Source: Amoebidium appalachense (Eukaryota; Protista; Ichthyosporea). Taken from it: a stretch of 64,000 nucleotides of DNA. Shown piece by piece: positions 45,333 to 62,229 of the stretch (positions are counted from its first letter, which is position 1; each line of letters starts with the position of its first letter). The stretch covers positions 10,935,728 through 10,999,727 of the forward strand of contig CAVNZM010000005.1 of assembly GCA_963693365.1 (NCBI GenBank), read 5' to 3'. The notes under the pieces were generated by a model. It saw nothing but the letters and a program-made list of their open reading frames with translations. It did not search any database and was not told the DNA's origin. Made by a program: the position numbers and the translations under genes.

Positions 45333-47459
45333 ATGCGTCCATGGACCAGCTACTCTTTGCTGGGCTTCCTGTGTGCCCTCGCTACCGGTACGTGTTTGCG
45401 TTTTACCTTTTGACAGATGCATGCTTGGCTTGTATGGGTGCTTTTTGGGGCATTCGTGGTCGCGCCAATGGCCACTTTACTCGGCATCGGTATAGTCTAA
45501 AAGTCAAGATGCTGGAACCCTTTCCAAGTTTTAATGTCAGCCACCGAAACATGGCTACTACATGAGTTGCATATAGGCAGGAAATAACGTACACATACTA
45601 AGAGCCTGTTTGTAGGGGTCGGGGGACAGGAGTTGCAAGCGGATCGCACGCAGGGAGCTCTGTCGTGCCCACCTGGTACCCAAAACACACCACCATCAAC
45701 AGACTGTGTACCTGTGCAAGGTAGGTTGACATAAAAAAAACGTTCCTTTCTTATCAACCCCTTTTGGCTTATAAATAATGGCTTTAGAAATGATTATAGT
45801 CCTCATTGCTATATGGAAAGGCACCTGGAGTTGAGCGGGAAGTAGTTAGCCTGTCTGTGTATGTGTGCGTGTCCGTGTGTGCGTTTGTGTGTGCGTGCGT
45901 GTACGCGCTCGTGTGTGCTTGTGTGTGTGCTAAAAGTCGGAGCTTGTGTAGGTTTGTATGTGTTTGTGTGTGTGGGTGGGTGGGGGTGGGTGTGGGTGTG
46001 GCGAAAAGGGGGCGGGTGAGGGGGTCCCAGGGTATTGTGGCTTAGCATATCTTTATTGCAGTGTGGGAAAAAGCAATTCCAGCATAAGTGGCAGAAGAAG
46101 AGCTACCGGACTACCAGGTATAGTGTACAGTTTTATACAGCGTTTTTCCCGAAGTCAAAAGGGTTAAACACACACTTCTACCATGAATCAAATCGTCATT
46201 GGGTATTCCACCCAGTGAACACACATTTGAGCCCACACACCCAAGCTACCACACAACTGACGCAAAACCCACAGACACCACCTCGCCGTCCAATCAAAAT
46301 GCCCCATTACGAAAGCGCCCAATGGAACGACGGCCACCATCACCGTCCACTACACAAACCCAAACAAACCCGCAGTGTGTTGCCGGTACAGTGTACATCG
46401 ATCGCAATCGAAACGGCAAACAAGACCCAGACGAACCTTTGTTGCCCCGCGCACGGCTGCACATGCAAAGGCAGGAGGGTGGGCAGGAGAGTGTAGTTGT
46501 TGTTGTGAATGCGGATGGAAGGGGGACATACAAGGCAAATGTTGTGCCAGGGCGATATCTGGTGACCATCACTCAGGAGAATGTGCCTATAGTGCAGGAA
46601 CCAATGATAATCAACATTGGATTATCACCCGGCCAATCAGCAACGATAAATATCCCGGTTCAGCCGGGCGCAGTCTTGCAAGCCACACCACCACCACCAC
46701 CACCACCACCACCAGTGATAAGTCGTGTTGTGTCCGGAGAACCAACACCTTTTTTGTCTCGAAGTGCTGTGTTGGTGAGTCGGGCAGCACCCACGTCTAC
46801 AGTGACAGCTCAAGTTATGCCCACTACACCTGCAGGTGTGTGTGTGTTTTTTTTTTTGTTTTTTTTTTGAAATACATGCATGTCTGTTGGTTGTGATGTT
46901 GTGTTTGTATGACATTAGTGCTCGTGTTCTGGATTGGTGTGTTGTATGTGTGTGTTTAAGTATGTGGGTTATTGAGATGTGCTGTGTGTTCTATAATATT
47001 GTGTGTTGTGTTGGTGTGTTGTCATGATGAAAATACGGTTGTAGACATCCAGGTGCGTTTAGAATGTGTTTCTTTATGACTTCTACTGGACTTTGTTTGT
47101 GTAGGACTCTGATGCAGTGTTCTATTGCACGTGGATGGACAGTATGCAGTCCCTGCATGTGGATGGACAGTATGCAGTCCCTGATGCACCAGTATATGTG
47201 TATTCTCGGGGTGCGTGTGGAAAAAGGTTTTGTTTATTATCAAACACCAACAGAGACACAATGTTCCATGCAAAGCCCCCTCCCCCCCTGCCCCCTCCTC
47301 CTCTTCCTCGTCCTCCCGTCCTATACACACATAAATGCACACACACGGGCGCGCGCACACACACGCACATACACGGTCACACACACATACACACACACAC
47401 ACACATGCGGACACAAACACACACACACACACACACACACGTACACGCACACACGCGCG

Positions 47460-47522
<63 letters not shown>

Positions 47523-49117
47523 GCCCCACACAACCACACACAGGCACACCCATACACCCACTCACACACTCACACTCACTTTCACACCCACACAGGCGGG
47601 TTTGTGCAAGGCCAGGTGAGTCTTCAACAGCGCCCAGGTATCACTGTGGCCCTCCCCAACGTTCGAGTTACCCTCACGGCCGGACCTATCAATCTCTCCA
47701 CCAATACCGATCACTCGGGAAAATTTGCGTTTTCTTCCCTCCCATTTTCAACAGTCGAAATTCGCATCGATTCAAAGTCTCTTCCGGCTGGGGCGGTAGC
47801 ATTAAGGCCGTTTCCCAGGGTCAATGGGGTCGGTGTACGGTTGAAACAAGATGCTATTGCGGTAAAAGTCCCGTTTTTGTATGAAATTTCAACTATCACG
47901 CCGATTATCAACCTACCTCGGCCTCCGCCAACCACCGTGACTACCTCCGCCGCGACAGGTGTGCCTCAACCAATCAGTGTGAATGTGCCGACAGGTACCC
48001 TGACGACTTTCACTTTCCGGCCCACGCGGATTCCGATCCACACCCCATCACCCGTGATCATTTCTACCATCGTCCCAAACCCACCCGCTCGGGCCAGTGA
48101 TACTATAGCTGTCGTGGCAGCACCGGCGGTCGTCATCACCCAAACTGTGGCTCCCTATCCCCTTCAGGGGTGGTCCGTAACAATCAGACCCCCACTAAGT
48201 GTAGTCGCTCCGACCGTTGTTCCTCAGCCCACTCCCTCCCCTTCACCAGGGGGGTTTTTTGTGCGGGGACGGGTTCAATTTTCCAACCAAACTGGTGTGG
48301 CTCGTGCCACGGTTCGGCTGCTGGGGACGGATGGGCGGTTACTTCGGACAACCGCCACAAATACGCTGGGAATTTTCCAGTTTATGAGGATCCCTGCGCG
48401 GGACTATCAATTGGCTGTCGGTCTCCCCCCAACCCTCAACCTCGTCTTTGTTGCCGATCCGGAGGGGACCCCGGACGGCAAAGTGGCCCTTTCGGTTGGG
48501 CCCGGGGGACTGGCTGAAAGACAGCTGCTTTTTCTGGTAGATTCCATGGGGTCTAGGGAGCCAGGCGCCATTGTGAAGTCGTTTTTGTTCATCGACACGG
48601 AGACGGACAGTGCGGGCGACGACCGCGTTGCGAACGCTACCGTCCTATTGGTCAAGGAATCGACCAATCAAATTGTGCGCATGGCCAGTTCGTCGGCCAA
48701 TGGGGAGTATTCATTCGAGGATATCGAACCGGGCCGGTATGTGGTCACCCTCGATAATCGCACATTGGGTGACTATCTCCTTCCAGTCAACGGCACCTTC
48801 CTTCCTGTTGTGATTGAACCGGGGAAACGGCTGGAGAACGTGTCGTTTGTCTTCAACACGTCAATCAGCCTCGGTCCCTCGATCGTGTATATTGACGCTA
48901 ACGAGAATGGTCAATATGACATTGGGGAGGAAGGTTTTCCGGATATTTTGGTGCGCATCCAGAGGGGTCCCCGTCCGTACCCTGCCCGGACCAATGCACA
49001 GGGGGTGTATCATATCAATAACCTGTCCCCAGGCCGCTATGATGTGACCGTAGGTCTCCTGCTCCTTTTGCCCCCCTGGCCGATTGCATTAATAAGCATG
49101 AATGTGTGGACACTGCT

Positions 49118-49184
<67 letters not shown>

Positions 49185-49312
49185 GTGCACTCGTGCACTA
49201 AAAGCCATCCAAGACTCTCCCCCCCCCCCCACCCCCACCACCACCATGGGTACCAAACCCTCCCCCACCCACCCACCCATTCACCCACCTACCACAACCC
49301 TTTCTCCCCCCC

Positions 49313-49350
<38 letters not shown>

Positions 49351-51880
49351 CGCCACCACCACATGAAGCTCCTTGAGGATGGTGTATAGATGGGCTTTGT
49401 ATGTGCTCCTGTTGTGTTTTCTTTGCATCCATATGTGCAGCATGCTATCAGTCGTCAAATCTGCATTTTATACTTGGCACTGCATAGCACACACTGAACC
49501 CCAAAGCCATCACAAAATCAACCTACTCCGAGGGCCCCCCCTCCCCCCCCCCCCACAAAAAAAAAAGGCAACCCAGAAGAGGACACAGAAGCACGCTCAC
49601 AAGCCAACCTCCCCAAACCCCCCCCCTCCCCCCCCCCCCCCCCCCCCCCCCCCTCCCAAAAGGAAAAAAGGCACACACAACTGACACACCTGCACACCCA
49701 CAGATCAGTCTGATGGATTTTACCGGCCGCTACGCCGCCACCGAATTTGTCGATTTTCTCGACTTCACCACCGGCACCCGTCTCGTCCAGAATTTTGGCT
49801 ACCGCCAACTCAACGCATCTATTGTGTCTATGGTGGTCAATAAGACTATGGCCCCCGTCACGTCAGAAGAGCCCCTAGCAAACATAAAGGTGCAGTTGAT
49901 TCGCGACGGGCAGGGTGTGGTAGACACTGTGCAGACTAATGTCAACGGGGTGTATGCCTTTCTCAATATCCGACCAGGCAACTACTCTGTGCAGGTGGTT
50001 ATTTCGTCCGTGCCGGCTGGGGTGGTCGCATTTAACAACACCGTCAAGTACAATTTGGTTCTGGGCCCAGGGGACAACATCACCACCACCCGCTTCGTAT
50101 TTTCGCAACTCATATCCGAAGTGTCCGGAAAGGTATTTCGAGACCAGAACGGCAACGGGATATTCGAGCCGGGACAAGGGGAGACGCCGTGGGCCGGGCC
50201 AGGTGACGGGCCGGACGGTGGGCTGGATGTTGAGATTAAGTTGCTACAGGACGGTGCAAACATCGACACTGAAAAGGCCCAACGGACGGGGGCTTACACC
50301 TTCCGGTCTCTTCTTTCTGGCAGCTATACCCTTCGCTTGAGCCTCGGGCTTAGCATGTACGGTTACGTGCCCACACTACCTGTTAACGGCGAAGTAAACC
50401 TAACGGTTAGCAACGGTCAGACGGTTTCCGGGCTGGATTTTGGAATCCGGTTCGACCCGACCCTGTTTGGTGCGGTGGCATATGTGGATGCTAACACCAA
50501 CGGCCGTTACGACGAGGGGGAGACCCGCATTGCAAATATCATCCTTACCATATCGGGCAATGGAATGTCCCAGCCAATCTCGGTAACCACGTCCGATGTA
50601 GGCACCTATCAACTTCCCCCAGGCACTGCCCCAGGCCAATACACGGTTGAAATTTCGACCGGTTCAGTCCCCACTGGGTTGCAGCCGCTCAAGGGGGATC
50701 CAACGACCATCACCGTGGACGATATGGGCAACATCACCTCAGGGGCCATTGCCTTTGTCCCCCGAAACAACCTCCCCACGCCAAGAACCCCCGAAATTTC
50801 GCCTTCTGCAGCCGTCCGTCCCACCGCTCTACCTTCCGTCCCCGGGGCCACAGGCGCTATCAATGGTATTATCTATTTGGACAGCAACGAGAACGGTCAA
50901 TTGGAAGATACGGCCGAATCGCGGATTAACGGGGTCGTGGTTTTGCTCGTCGACACCACCGTAAATCAGGTTGTGGCAACAAACCAAACGGACATCCGCG
51001 GTATTTTCACGTTTTCCAACGTCCCGTCGGCATCCTATCGCGTGCAGGTGCAGGGGGTTTTTTCACTCGTAGGGTACGAACTCGTGCCTCCGCAACCAGT
51101 CGCCATAATTGTCCGCCCCGGCCAGCCAGTACCCACCATCACGATGGCTTTCCGGCTAATTGCCCAATCAACCACCCCCAGCCCAACCCCCACCCCCCAG
51201 CCATCCATCGATAAAACCCCCCCACCCCCCACCACCCCCACCACCACCTCCACCCGGCCAAAGACCCCCCCCTTCCGGAATATCCGCCCCCGGCCCACCA
51301 CCAATACGCCCGGAGGCACCGCAACTCATACCGCTCAAAATGGGGCGATTATTTATCGACACGAATGCAAACGGTGTGGATGACCCGCAAGAACCGGGTA
51401 TTAAAGACGCCGTGGTGACTCTATTGGATGCAAATGAGGTGCTGGTGGAGAAAACAAAGACGGACGAACGGGGTGCATACTCTTTTAGGCCCATACCACC
51501 AGGTGTTTATCGGGTTCGAATCGACCCGAGTAGTGTCCCAGGAGGGTTTGCACCACAGAACAAGCGGCTCGAGTCGGAGATGCGGGTCGGGTTGACGGGT
51601 CAGGCGATCCAGGTTGCATCCCTTGGGCCCATGTATGCGTGGAAATGGCCAAAGTTTGCATTGGTGGCGAAGACCAGAGAATACGAGGTGGGTTGTTCTC
51701 CTCCTTGCATAGACACGGCTACAAGTGCATGTCCCATCAATGTTTTTGCATGCTTGTTTTGTGTTCCTTCTTGGATTTATGTCTGAGTTGTCCATGGTGA
51801 TTTAGTGTTTCGATCCAAAACTGTGACACATTCGGCCCTCAAAGCCACACTACAAACCCAATGCACACACGCGCGCGCAC

Positions 51881-51930
<50 letters not shown>

Positions 51931-52225
51931 CTCATTCCCCCTGCTCCCCGCAAGGCTTCCCTTTAACTTCTAACTTTCTCGTTTGTGTTTTGCTTGACAT
52001 GATCATCGTTTGCAGATAGTAGTGTGTTTAGATGCCATTGTCTTCTATTGGCGTGTCTCCCCCTCCGCCGTCCCCTCCTCCCCTTTCCCTTTTAAACCAA
52101 CACCACTTATCCCCCTCCCCCCCCCCCCCCCCCCCCCCCTTCCCCCCCCACACCACCACTCCCCTTCTAAAAATCACTTCCTCTCCTTTACATGTCCTTT
52201 CCTCTCTGTTACTGGCCTACACACA

Positions 52226-52300
<75 letters not shown>

Positions 52301-52347
52301 CTTAGCAACTGATTCGCTACCTGCATTTTCCCCCACAGGCAGAATAG
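45333..52347 (+). CDS. Large secreted protein with tandem SdrD B-like / Cna-B (prealbumin-like) repeats and Pro/Thr-rich linkers; exons approx. 45333-45387, 45616-45720, 46275-46835, 47596-49049, 49704-51687, 52339-52347
   Basis: Signal peptide [22 protein letters not shown]; recurring DxNxNG loops ([54 protein letters not shown]) followed by T..G.Y.F....G.Y.V. Splice phases are consistent; one frameshift near 51340; the last exon is uncertain. Confidence 0.8.
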
Positions 52348-52729
52348 GTGTCACCCATCACCCTGTTCCTAAGTGGACTTCAAGCCACCTAATTGGCCAG
52401 CTGCGAACGGCTTGCAAACACTTCCACCTGTCGGCAGGTTATCCACGTAGGCACATGACTGCATGTATGTATAGTGTACAACACGACACACACACATACA
52501 CACACACACACACACACATACACACACACACACCTTTTCACTTCCTTTCTCCCGTACCGAAGTAGAGTAAGAAGTTCATGTGAGCGAATGTATTGTGATG
52601 TGAAATTTTTTTTTTTTTGACTTCCTTTTGTGTCCTTTTGTGTTCATGATAAGTGGTGTTTTTCCTATTATTAGTCAGTCGGGAACGTTGGGTAATCAAA
52701 GCCGTGGGTGTGTGCCCCATTTCGGGTGG

Positions 52730-53006
52730 AGCAGGGAGCTCGCGAAAGCAGTTTCATTAGCACACGTGTAGTTAGTTGTATTTTTGTGTACAGTTTGCAT
52801 GGTCACATATAGACTCCGTGACGGTGGCGGTGCTTACCGGAAACTGGAAGACAAATCCGGTTTGAGCGGGCTAGCCAGGGATATGTATAGATAGAAAATT
52901 GTATTATAGAGATTGGAAAGCCGCTGACAGAAAGCAATGCCTCTGATACCACTGGGAATCTAATGCTGCGTCAGCAGCGTGCGAATGAGCATTGCACTGC
53001 TAATGA
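52730..53006 (+). ncRNA. Possible structured RNA downstream of the SdrD-repeat gene
   Basis: Closing stem tcattagca/tgctaatga encloses gtcac/gtgac, accgga/tccggt, gctgac/gtcagc and gtgc.aatg/cattgcac; a GAAA-capped hairpin lies just 5'. Single copy. Confidence 0.25.
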
Positions 53007-53841
53007 CACAAATAAATGTTAGATGGCGGTTGTGCTGGCGCAACACGCACACAAAACTTCTGGTCAAGCCCCCCCCCCCCCCCCCCCCCCCAAGGGATAC
53101 GATAGGCTCGACACGTACTTTTAAAGCTTTTCGGCTTTAGTGTGTGTATGTCTTCCTTTGGCGTGTGGTACTGCGTTATACGTCATACTTGTCATCCAAG
53201 TCCCTTTCCCCCCACCTCCCCCCCCCCCCCTCTCCCCCCCCCCCCACTTGTGTTGTCCGTTGTGAATGTGTACTTCAAAGATATATGGCGCATTCAACCC
53301 TCTTCCCCCCCCCCCCCCCCCCCCCCCCCCCCACACGGGCGACGGCCATGCGGCATACACATAATAAATGCATACACCAATTGGAACACAACCAGATCTT
53401 ATATTAGAAACATCACTCGGTGCATATGCCCACTCAGCCGTGTGCATGCATGCAAGCATGCGGAGAAAACCTCAGCTACCGTGACCACTGCTGGCACGCG
53501 CCACTACAGTTCTGCCACATTGGCAAGCTTGTAGTATAATTAACAAATAATACCACCACCACCGCCACCACCACTACCGTTAATTGTCTAGTCCAGGGTC
53601 CTTTTTTTCTTTTTTTTTTTTTTGGGGGGGGGGGGGGGTCTGGTTTGTTGTTTTAAGTTCGGTTATGCTGTCTGTAGTTACACACACACACGCAACCACC
53701 GCCACAGATGCACAAACCGCAAAACACGTACACGGAATTCACATGTACACACGGGCTCTGCACACCAAAAAAGCTGCGGCATAGGCGGTTTTCTGTACGG
53801 AAACGGCAGGCACATATGACACAGCGACCGGGCGGGCCTCC

Positions 53842-53878
<37 letters not shown>

Positions 53879-54264
53879 GTCAATTTAAGTGTTAATCTAA
53901 TTTAAGATTGTGTTGGGCTAGGGGTTGCAGAATTAAGATTCTAGCGCTAGGGCGAAAATCCACGTAATCTTATATTCGGCCTACCCCTGTAACTGATTAG
54001 TGTACCCAGTTTCTTGGTTCTAGCGCTGTGGCCGGTATCAGGTTTATTAACAAAGGGTGTATTTCATCTGTATCAAGATGTGCATCATGATCCATGCATA
54101 GAGGACACGTGTTGTGTTTCCGGATTGGCCGGAGGGAGCGGCCATAAAGTGCAATGATCCCAATTAACAACCGCCATAGTACAGCAAGGAGTTTTAGGCA
54201 GCCTGTGAACGTACACAAGCCGTCGCTGGAAACAGATACATTCAGGTTGAACCCTCCCCCCTTC

Positions 54265-54315
<51 letters not shown>

Positions 54316-55524
54316 AAGGCACACACACACATATACACCACCACCACCACCCACTACCATCAGCCCGGCATGCATGTACCACCGCATGAGGAAGTTTTTG
54401 TTTCTCTTCTCATTTTTAGGGTAAAAAGAAGTTATCCATTTACTAAAACATACTAATGTGACGTGGAGTGAAAATATTCATGATAGCAGCAAAAATAGTG
54501 GTAAAATACCATTACTTATCACCACTAATAATAATGCTACCAGCAGTTATTGCAAAAGAGCAACTTCAAGTAAGGGAAGTGATCATGCTAACAACGAAAA
54601 ATGTACAAGCCCCCCCCCCCCCCCCCCCCCCCTCCCTCTCCCCCCCCTCCCCTCCCCCCCCCCCCCCCCCCAACCCCCACTCCCACCCCCACCCCCATCC
54701 CACCCCCACCCCCCGCCCCGGCCGCTGCGTGGATCCCCCTCCCCGGTCGTACCCATGCACAGACGTACACACCCCACACACACACAATACGCACACACAC
54801 ACACACAAACAGACACAGGCAGGCAGGCAGATAGACACGCACGCACACATACACACACAAAACACACACACGCACACGCATTTGCACTCGGGTGTGCGCA
54901 CGTACGCACGCATGCATGCACACGCGCATGCACGCGCGCACGCACACAGGCATCCCAGATCTCCTCGAACATCGGCCATCATGAGTGGCGCGCACGTGTG
55001 TGCTTCAGCAAACTATCACTCGCGTGCACATTTGTGACCATTCTTGTTCTCAAACTTACTTGAAAAATGTTGCCCATTTAATCCCAGAGTTACTGGCAAC
55101 GGTTTGTCCCTTGGTTCCCCCCCCCCCCCTCCCCCACACACCACCACCACCACCACCCACCCACCCACCTCCCCACCCCCCACCCCCACCCCCACAGCAC
55201 GACCGAGCGTCCTCACAGTCCGAATCACGAAGAGATAAAGTGGTTGGCCAAGGCAGCCAAAATTTGTATTCACCTTTCGAGAACTCACAGAGCCCCGCTT
55301 GACAATTTGAGCACGATCTGTCTTTTCATACAAAACACAAGCATACATGCCATACGCATACGTTCCATCTTCCAGTCCTTCGGTAAAGTACATACGATAC
55401 AATATTAAATACTTCGTGCACGAATTATTCTCGCATATGTACTAAATATTGCATTTTTCTTTCTAATTTGTTTTTTTCTTATATATATATATAAAAAACG
55501 TGAATGTACAACAAACATAGGCAC

Positions 55525-56541
55525 TCAAGCACCGCAAACAGTAGCGGGGATTTCACTGACCATAGGAATGGTTCCCTTTGCACCGTGTGCAACCTCCAAG
55601 CACGCCCTTAACAACTCCGCTCGCAGGTGCACGTTCATTCCCGTGCAGTGACACGTAAAATCGCCAACCGACCAGCGCACCTTTGGACTATCATAGGAAT
55701 AATCCTGAATCTTCCCTCTGCAGGGGTCATAGTGTGTGTGGCGGTTGAATGTGTTGAGATTAAACGAGCCGCTTCGCTGGGGAAGAACCAGAAGGCTATG
55801 AACCCAGGGCTGGAAAAAGTTGCGTGCCATACCCTGCAATGCTTCTTGCTCGTGCAGACACTTTGCCTGTGGCAGCTTGCCCAGTTTTCCGTTTCCTCTC
55901 CTCCACAACTCTTCGATAAATTGACGTGCCTGCTCACCGCGCCTAACCACAATAATGCCCGTGTTTAGACCGGTAAACTCAGCTGAATCCTGTGTAACTG
56001 CAACAACCTTGTTGGTTTCTACCATGGCGTCGAACGTACGGTGAAGCATGTCAGACTGGACATCCGTAAAGACGATGTCATCGTCCACCCACACCAGCCA
56101 TCCATCCTCGCTGGTGGGATTCTGTAGGTGATCTAAAAGGAGCTTGACTTTGTGCCAGTAGGGTTGGCGTGGTGCTGCGCTATTGCCGGGCACAAACGTG
56201 TATGTAAAACCGTGTGCCTGAGCGAATACATCGTGGTTGTATTTGATTGCCTCGGACCAAGGCCTTATGTCACCTCCTGAAATAAGGTGAACAGATCCGT
56301 GTGTAAGAGTAGCGCATGTTGTGTTGCGTGTGCGTGTTTCCTGTTTGAGTGTGATAGGGAGGGCGGTGACAGCTTGGGCAGCGGCTAGAAATGTAAACGC
56401 CCAGCGTGCGAGGCTGTGGATAGACGTGTGTGGCGTGTATGTGTGTGCGTGTGTGTGTGCGTTCAAGACAAACGGGGAACATTTGGAATCCATCGTGGTA
56501 GAGGTGAAACTGTGCTTGGCGGACAATGCGGTTGCTTTCAT
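55525..56541 (-). CDS. Glycosyltransferase family 34-like (GMA12/MNN10-type galactosyl/mannosyltransferase), intronless; start codon uncertain
   Basis: FAQAHGF, PYWHKVKLL, WLVWVDDDIVFTD (DxD), LNTGIIVVR, HEQEAL, GDFTCH; hydrophobic N-terminal segment. Confidence 0.85.
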   Translation of the reverse strand: MKATALSAKHSFTSTTMDSKCSPFVLNAHTHAHTYTPHTSIHSLARWAFTFLAAAQAVTALPITLKQETRTRNTTCATLTHGSVHLISGGDIRPWSEAIKYNHDVFAQAHGFTYTFVPGNSAAPRQPYWHKVKLLLDHLQNPTSEDGWLVWVDDDIVFTDVQSDMLHRTFDAMVETNKVVAVTQDSAEFTGLNTGIIVVRRGEQARQFIEELWRRGNGKLGKLPQAKCLHEQEALQGMARNFFQPWVHSLLVLPQRSGSFNLNTFNRHTHYDPCRGKIQDYSYDSPKVRWSVGDFTCHCTGMNVHLRAELLRACLEVAHGAKGTIPMVSEIPATVCGA

Positions 56542-57029
56542 ATGGCGGGCTGCCTGGAAGCCAATCCAAGATCTTATCACTTTGCTTATTTATGGATAGA
56601 CTGCAATCATGATATTTAGCCAATAGATTGAATCCTTTTGGCTTGCATTTGAATGCCAAATTGCAATCATTTGATTGATCCCAAAAGAACAACCCCATAA
56701 ATCACTAAATTGAAAATCCATTGCTAACTCATACGTAGACCCATCCTCAACAGCATATATATGTAGCTATCATGTTATGTTTTGAATAAAAAAAGGATGC
56801 CAATAAACAATACTATGAGGTCAAAGAATTGAGTGATTCTCAGTTTCTCACTTCTGGAATGCTCCGAGCGGCACACCCAAGAAAAGCACAATCGTGCCAG
56901 GCCACAATGTTATTGGCTGATATGATATTGAGGCATCTTGCAATTGCCAGCCTAACTTCAACCGAAGAGCCAATAGGTGTCGAGAAGTTATCCCAAGACC
57001 AATCAGATCGAACTACTGGATCACACGCA

Positions 57030-57949
57030 CAGGGTTCGATTTCTGTTTTTGGAACTTTGGGGTAGGGTCCAAATTGTTTGGGATTTGCCAAAAAAACTTT
57101 GGGAAAACCTTTGGGGAGGCCTGGCCCGGGCGCGCAAACAAACGGTCATGATCACGGCCCCCCTTCCCACCCAAGTCCATACGCCGGAAGTCCCCGCGCA
57201 CCTGATTGGACAAAACACGATCCGATGACGTAAAATCAGGGGAGAACGATTCGATCCCCAAGCGACATAAAGGGGCCGTCAGGCCCCTTTAGCGGGGGGT
57301 TGGGGGGGCGGCAGCCCCCCCATTTAGGGCCCAGACACACATAGGGTTATGGTTATTGGGTTTATGTTTTTTATTTTTGTAAATTATTATCAATTATTGT
57401 ATTTTTTTAGCCGGTTATCATCCGATCTCCCTATACCTAGGGCTTCCTTCGTATAGACCTACCTCCCCCCTTCCCTGTACTCCCCTACCCCCTCTAGATC
57501 TTCGAGGCCGTGTCGACCCACTGTGATGCCCACTTACGGCCCGCAAACTCCCCCCTCCTCATTCCGGCCTCCCCCTTCAACAACGTCCCCCCCCCCCCCC
57601 CCGTCCCCCCCCCCCCCCCCTAGTAGGCCTCCCTCCCCCCCCCCCCGGCCCCCGGCCCCCCCGCCCCCCCCCCCCTCCCCCCCGCCGGAGGGCCCGGGCC
57701 CCGGGCGCGCCGGGCCCGCCCCCCCTCGGGCCTTGCTGGCCATGGGCACCCAATATTCACCCACGTGCACAGTCCACTTTACTCACTCGAATCCCCCTCC
57801 TCCCCCCTCCCCTCCCCCCCCCCCTCTCTCCCCCCACCCTCCCCCCCCTCCCCCCCCCCCCCCCCCCCCCCCAATCACCGGAGGTTCTTTGGGAATCCGG
57901 AAAAAAAGTTTGGGAAATTCCCAAACGTTTTTGGGAATCTCGATTCCTG
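57030..57949. mobile_element. Non-autonomous hAT-like DNA transposon (920 bp)
   Basis: Termini CAGGGTTCGA...TCGATTCCTG (imperfect TIR); exact 8-bp TSD cacacgca at 57022-57029 and 57950-57957; subterminal tttggg/cccaaa repeats; internal GC hairpins at 57268-57321. Confidence 0.85.
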
Positions 57950-59111
57950 CACACGCATTTCGTAATCCAGGCCCGGGCCGCCGCCCGCTGATTCAATACT
58001 CATGAGCTTTCACTCACACGATACCTATATGTCCAGACTCAAATAAGTTGATGCAAAAGAGAATTTCAAATCCCATAAATCTATAACAATGGCAAAATTC
58101 TTTAATAGATCTGAACAGCGTTGGCCAGCCTTGTTGACGTATTATGTACTGTAATCAGGGATATCGATTCAAGTTTGACTCATGCGCTCAGCCAGTCAGC
58201 TGCGGCAGTACAGTCGCATGACTTCTTCCACCAGTGACCACCCTACAATCCAATCACTTTTGCTAAAGAGTCCATTTCCACATTGTTTCGCGAAACCCCC
58301 CCCGGGCGGGCACCGCAGTCACCGGCCCGCGGAGTTGAAGTTCTGTTGAACCCGTTCATCCAACATGTATACAAAAAAAAACATAACAAATTTAGGTTTT
58401 GCATCTGACAATATATGCGGCGCCTGTGGATATATGGCCAAAACTTAAGAGTGCCGCGTGTCTTTTTCCAACACGATCTATGGTGAGCGAATTCCTCCCT
58501 TCGTGAACTGGCTGGCACTGCCTGACCCACTGGCAAAGCTCGAGTCAGCATGAGGCCCTGAAATTGTTTACCTTGCCATATATGGTCTAACAAAGTGGCT
58601 TTTGATTTGCTGGAACGCTTTCCTACACGGGCTCCGTGCACTCCACCGTTACTGCCCAGTCGGGGTGACACGAGAGCACGAGCCGAGTATTCTTGTACAT
58701 GCCCTTGAACACGATCCGATTGTTTCTGGATAGAATGGATAAACGGCAGTGTCATACTTACAGCTTACGCAGGCCTTTGCCAACGTTCACTGCATGGGCA
58801 TTTTCATGATGCCACGTTCGCCCTTCTTTTTCAAATGCCAAGGGGACACCCTGTGCACTCGACAAACACATGAAACAAAGGGCCATCAGGCGCAGACTCA
58901 GCGTGAACATGTTGCACAAAAACGCGTGTCAGCCTGTCAGTAAACAGAAGCTTGCATCTGCTTGCTTTTTGACATTCGCTGCGAATTTGGAGGCCTGTGT
59001 CTTTCTTTTGCCACAAGTTTCTTTACTAAATTTCGCCTTGTCCGTCCGCCTTTTCCACACACACAAAAAAAAACTTTGAATAATAAGCTCGTGAGAGAAA
59101 AACTCGACGCC

Positions 59112-62229
<3,118 letters not shown>

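Noticed and set aside
53919-53989. Tiny hAT-like element (tagggg...cccctg)
   Set aside because: No target-site duplication and the TIR is too short.
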